A stretch of DNA of 38,091 bases, taken from contig KZ538247.1 of assembly GCA_000934665.2 (NCBI GenBank), positions 62,001 through 100,091 on the forward strand, read 5' to 3'. Below, piece after piece: positions 34,419 through 38,091 of the stretch. The stretch comes from Catajapyx aquilonaris. Its lineage: Eukaryota. Made by a program: the position numbers and the translations under genes. The notes below the pieces were generated by a model. It was not told the origin of the DNA and ran no database searches. It was given only the letters and a program-made list of their open reading frames with translations. Positions within the stretch are counted from its first letter, which is position 1. Each line of letters opens with the position of its first letter.

Positions 34419-35606
34419 ACATATTTTTGTCAATTCAGCAACGTTGGACAGAAACAAAAATTCTTTCTTCCTGGACGAAACTGACAGATCCTGGTAGTCA
34501 CAGAGTAATCACTTTCATAATGAAAACAAATCGCAAGCTAAAACTCAGAAGAATGTAGGCCGCTATGTAAAATGACCAGGTAAATTAAAGAATTAACACA
34601 TACCATGGGTTACTTATGGGATACTTATGGGTTACTGATGCGTTAATTACTTATGGGTCACTTATGGCTTACCTACTTATGGGTTACTAATGTTACTTAT
34701 GGTTTACTTATGAATTGTCTACTTTTGGGTTACGTTCTTACGTAGTACTTATGGGTTAATTATGAGTCACTTTAGGGTTAATTGTGGGTTAATTACGGGT
34801 TACTTATGGGTCACTTTTGGGCTACTTTTGGGTTACCTACTTATTGGTTACTTACTTATGGGTTACCTACTTATGGGTCAATTATGGGCTACCTATACTT
34901 ATGGGTAAATTATGGGTTACTAATGTTACTTATGGGTTACTTACTTATGGGTTACTTATTATGAATTGTCTACTTTTGGGTTAATTATGGGTAACTTATG
35001 GGTTAATTATTGGTTGCTTAAGGGTTACTTATGGGTTCATTATTTATGGGTTAATTATGGGTTACTTATTTATGGGTTAATTATGGGTTACTTATTTATG
35101 GGTTAATTATGGGTTACTTATTTATGGGTTAATTATGGGTTACCTACTTATGGGTCAATTATGGGCTACCTATACTTATGGGTTAATTATTTATGGGTTA
35201 CTAATGTTACTTATGGGTTACTTACTTATGGGTTACTTATTATGAATTGTCTACTTTTGGGTTAATTATGGGTAACTTATGGGTTAGTTATTGGTTGCTT
35301 AAGGGTTACTTATGGGTTCATTATTTATGGGTTAATTATGGGTCACTTACTTATGGGTTACCTACTTATTGGTTACTTACTTATGGGTTACCTACTTATG
35401 GGTCAATTATGGGCTACCTATACTTATGGGTTACTTACTTATGGGTCAATTATGGGCTACCTATACTTATGGGTTACTTACTTATGGGTTACTTATGAAT
35501 TGTCTACTTTTGGGTTAATTATGGGTAACTTATGGGTTACTTATGAATTGTCTACTTTTGGGTTAATTATGGGTAACTTATGGGTTAATTATTGGTTACT
35601 TATGGG

Positions 35607-35945
35607 GAGACGGAGTGGCGCCGCGGTAACGCGCGCGCCCACGGAAGTTAAGGTCCCGGGTTCAATCCCCACCCGGGGTTCCCACCTTCTTTCGTGCAGA
35701 GTTGGGCCATCTCTGGCTTCGTTTCGGGTGGCAATTTCCGGCAGACTAAGCCACCCGGGGGAGTTCACAAAATGACGATTAGAGACATTGCACTTGCACT
35801 TTGCACATCCCCTCCCACCCACCCTTGGAGCATACTAATTAAGATTCTTCTTAAACTCGCACCAAAAACAAATTCCAAAGGTGGCAACCCCCCCCCCCCC
35901 TAAGGAGTAGTATAACTCCCCCCGTGGGGTAATGAAAAAAAAGAT
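35607..35945 (+). mobile_element. tRNA-derived SINE inserted in the satellite
   Basis: Pol III A box TGGCGCCGCGG (35616-35626), B box GGTTCAATCCC (35659-35669), A-rich tail at 35935-35942; 18-bp direct repeat TTATTGGTTACTTATGGG at 35589-35606 and 35946-35963. Confidence 0.8.
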
Positions 35946-36350
35946 TTATTGGTTACTTATGGGTTAATTATGGATTACTTATGGGTTACTTACTTATGGG
36001 TTACTTATGGGTTACTTATGGGTTACTTACTTATGAGTTACTTATGGGTTACTTACTTATGGGTTACTTACTTATGGGTTAATTATGGGTTACTTAAGGG
36101 TTACTTATGGGTCAATGATTTATTGGTTAATTACGGATTACTTATGGGTTACTTTTGGTTTACTTATGGGTTACCAACTTATGGGTCACTTATGGGTTAC
36201 CTACTTATGGGTCAATTATGGGTTACTTATGGTTTACTTATGGGTGACCTGCTTACGGGTTACTTACTTATGGGTAACTTATAGGTTACCTACTTATGGG
36301 TCACTTTTGGGTTACCTACTTATGGGTTACTTATGGGTTACCGGTACTTA

Positions 36351-36563
36351 AAGCCGGTATCCACGTTAGAGTTTCTCTCATAAGAGTCCTCTTACGCGAG
36401 AAATCTTGTACGTCGAGACGGACTCTTTGTCGCCTCAGGGCCCCTCTTGTCCCTCTAAAAGGGAATTAAAGTTGAAAATTTTCAACTTTTCCTCTTTCCT
36501 CGTATCCGGGCATGCGCAGTTGGCTCCTCTTATGAGAGAAAACTCTTACGTCGGTACCGGCTT
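36351..36563. mobile_element. PIF/Harbinger (Tourist-like) MITE, 213 bp
   Basis: ~36-bp TIRs aagccggtatccacgttagagtttctctcataagag / ctcttatgagagaaaactcttacgtcggtaccggctt; TTA on both sides (36348-36350, 36564-36566). Confidence 0.8.
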
Positions 36564-37380
36564 TTACTTTTGGTTCACTTATGGGTTACTTACATACGGG
36601 TCACTTACGGATAACTTTTGGGATACCTACTTACGGGTTATTTATGGGTAACTTATGGGTTACCTACTTATGGCTCAATTATGGGTCACTTTTGGGTTAC
36701 CTACTTATGGGTTACTTATGGGTCAATTATGGGCTACCTACTTACGCGTTACTTACTTATGGGTTACTTAAAGGTTTCTTATTGGTTAATTATTTATTGG
36801 TTAATTACGGGTTACTTATGAGTTACTTTGGGTTTACTTATGCCATAAGTAAACCAAAAGTAACTCATAAGTAATCCGTAATTAACCAATAAATAATTAA
36901 CCAATAAGTAAACCTTAAGTAACCCTTAAGTAACCCATAATAATTAACCCGTAAGTGACCCGTATGTAGGTAACCCATAAGCCTTATGGGTTACCTACTT
37001 ACGGGTTACTTACTTATGGATAACTTTATTAACTTATGCGTTACCTACTTCTGGGTCAATTATGGGTAACTTTTGGGTTACCTACTTATGGGTTACTTAT
37101 GGGTTACTTAAGGGTTTCTTATGGGTTAATTATTATGGGTTACTTCTAAGGGTTACTTAAGGTTTACTTATTGGGTAATTATTTATTGGTTAATTACGGA
37201 TTACTTATGGGTTACTTTTGGTTTACTTATGGGTTACCTACATACGGGTCACTTTTGGGTTACCTACTTACGAGTTACTTACTTATGGGTTACCTACTTA
37301 TGGGTCAATTATGGGTCACTTACTTAAGGGTTAATATATGGGTTAATTATTTATGGGTTAATTACGGGTGACTTATGGGT

Positions 37381-37715
37381 ATTATATATTTATTAGTTAT
37401 TAGTGATTATTTATGAGATACGAGTATTTATTATTTAATTATGAGTTATTTGTTATTTATGAAATACATGTATAGTTATTAGTTAATTTGTTATTATTAA
37501 TATACACTATTAGATAATTATTTGTTAATTGTTATTTATTAATTATGAATTACATGTAGTGATTAGTTAATTAATTATGAATTACATGTATAGTTAAATA
37601 ACGAATAAATAACTAATAACGATACATGTAATTAATAACTAATAATTATATGAATTCATAACTAATAATTATATGAATTCATTACTAATAATTATACGTG
37701 AATTCATCTAATACA
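37381..37715. repeat. AT-rich low-complexity repeat
   Basis: Recurrent ttatgaattacatgta / taactaataattatatgaattca motifs in both orientations. Confidence 0.65.
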
Positions 37716-38091
37716 TATTTCAAGACCTATATCTGTCTGTCTCTCTTTTGTGACCTAAACAGATCCATACGGAGGCCTCCACATATGCCCCAGGGGTATC
37801 ACCAGGGGTAGTTTTTTACCGGGAAGGTTCTTAGCGCATTGGAATTCACCTCCGAGGTCATCCTTGGCCACAGGAGGCGAAAAGAACTTTGGAAGTTGGC
37901 CCCCTGTGTTCTAATAATGCTGTTGAGTTGCCCTGGAAACCATATTCCTTCCCTCCTCTCCCTCCCCTCCCCTCCCTCCCCTCCCCTCCCTCCATCCCTC
38001 CCCCCACTGCCTCCTCCTCCAGCCCCTCAGTGTCATTACATTTCTACGTGGTGGCTGTACTTTGGTCAGTGTTCTTGCACTCACATTGGTT

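Larger units (their letters stand above)
34605..37380. repeat. TTATGGGTTAC-type satellite array (11/15-bp variants)
   Basis: Many ttatgggttac / ttatgggttacttac / ttatgggttaa units; source of the LWVTY/LMGY ORFs. Confidence 0.95.

Noticed and set aside
33066..34560. Possible neighbouring minus-strand gene (acceptor-like sites near 33933 and 33633)
   Set aside because: Could not assemble a consistent frame or recognise a product; it needs RNA-seq.
35607..35685. Functional tRNA gene
   Set aside because: A/B boxes are present but I could not form a convincing acceptor stem; it continues into a SINE-like body and A tail.
34782..37371. LWVTY/LMGY-rich ORFs as membrane proteins
   Set aside because: Translations of the TTATGGGTTAC satellite.

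Overview
Eukaryotic, most likely arthropod, genomic DNA with no prokaryotic features. The window is dominated by one + strand multi-exon gene: a teneurin whose sequence fits the arthropod Ten-a subfamily. I assembled 25 coding exons by hand from 9669 to the TAG at 31440-31442. Splice phases are consistent, giving 8233 coding nt (about 2740 aa): partial intracellular domain, TM helix, 8 EGF repeats, Cys-rich region, Ig/FN plug, NHL propeller, YD/RHS shell and Tox-GHH/TCAP-like end. No upstream (5') exon was identified, so 1-9668 is probably intron or 5' flank. Points of interest in the gene: a 27-nt microexon flanked by Nova/Pasilla- and Rbfox-type motifs, a stop-free 63-nt intron at the position of the vertebrate NHL splice insert, a stop-free 51-nt intron between two furin-like sites, a probable GC-AG intron, a NAGNAG acceptor, and a 93-aa C-terminal extension ending in a possibly cleavable Cys/Trp peptide. 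Introns and flanks carry several MITE-like/foldback elements and minisatellites. Downstream lies a ~2.8-kb TTATGGGTTAC satellite containing a tRNA-derived SINE, a Harbinger-type MITE and an inversion. I found no convincing wholly new biological system; the best novelty candidates are isoform- and processing-level features of this teneurin.
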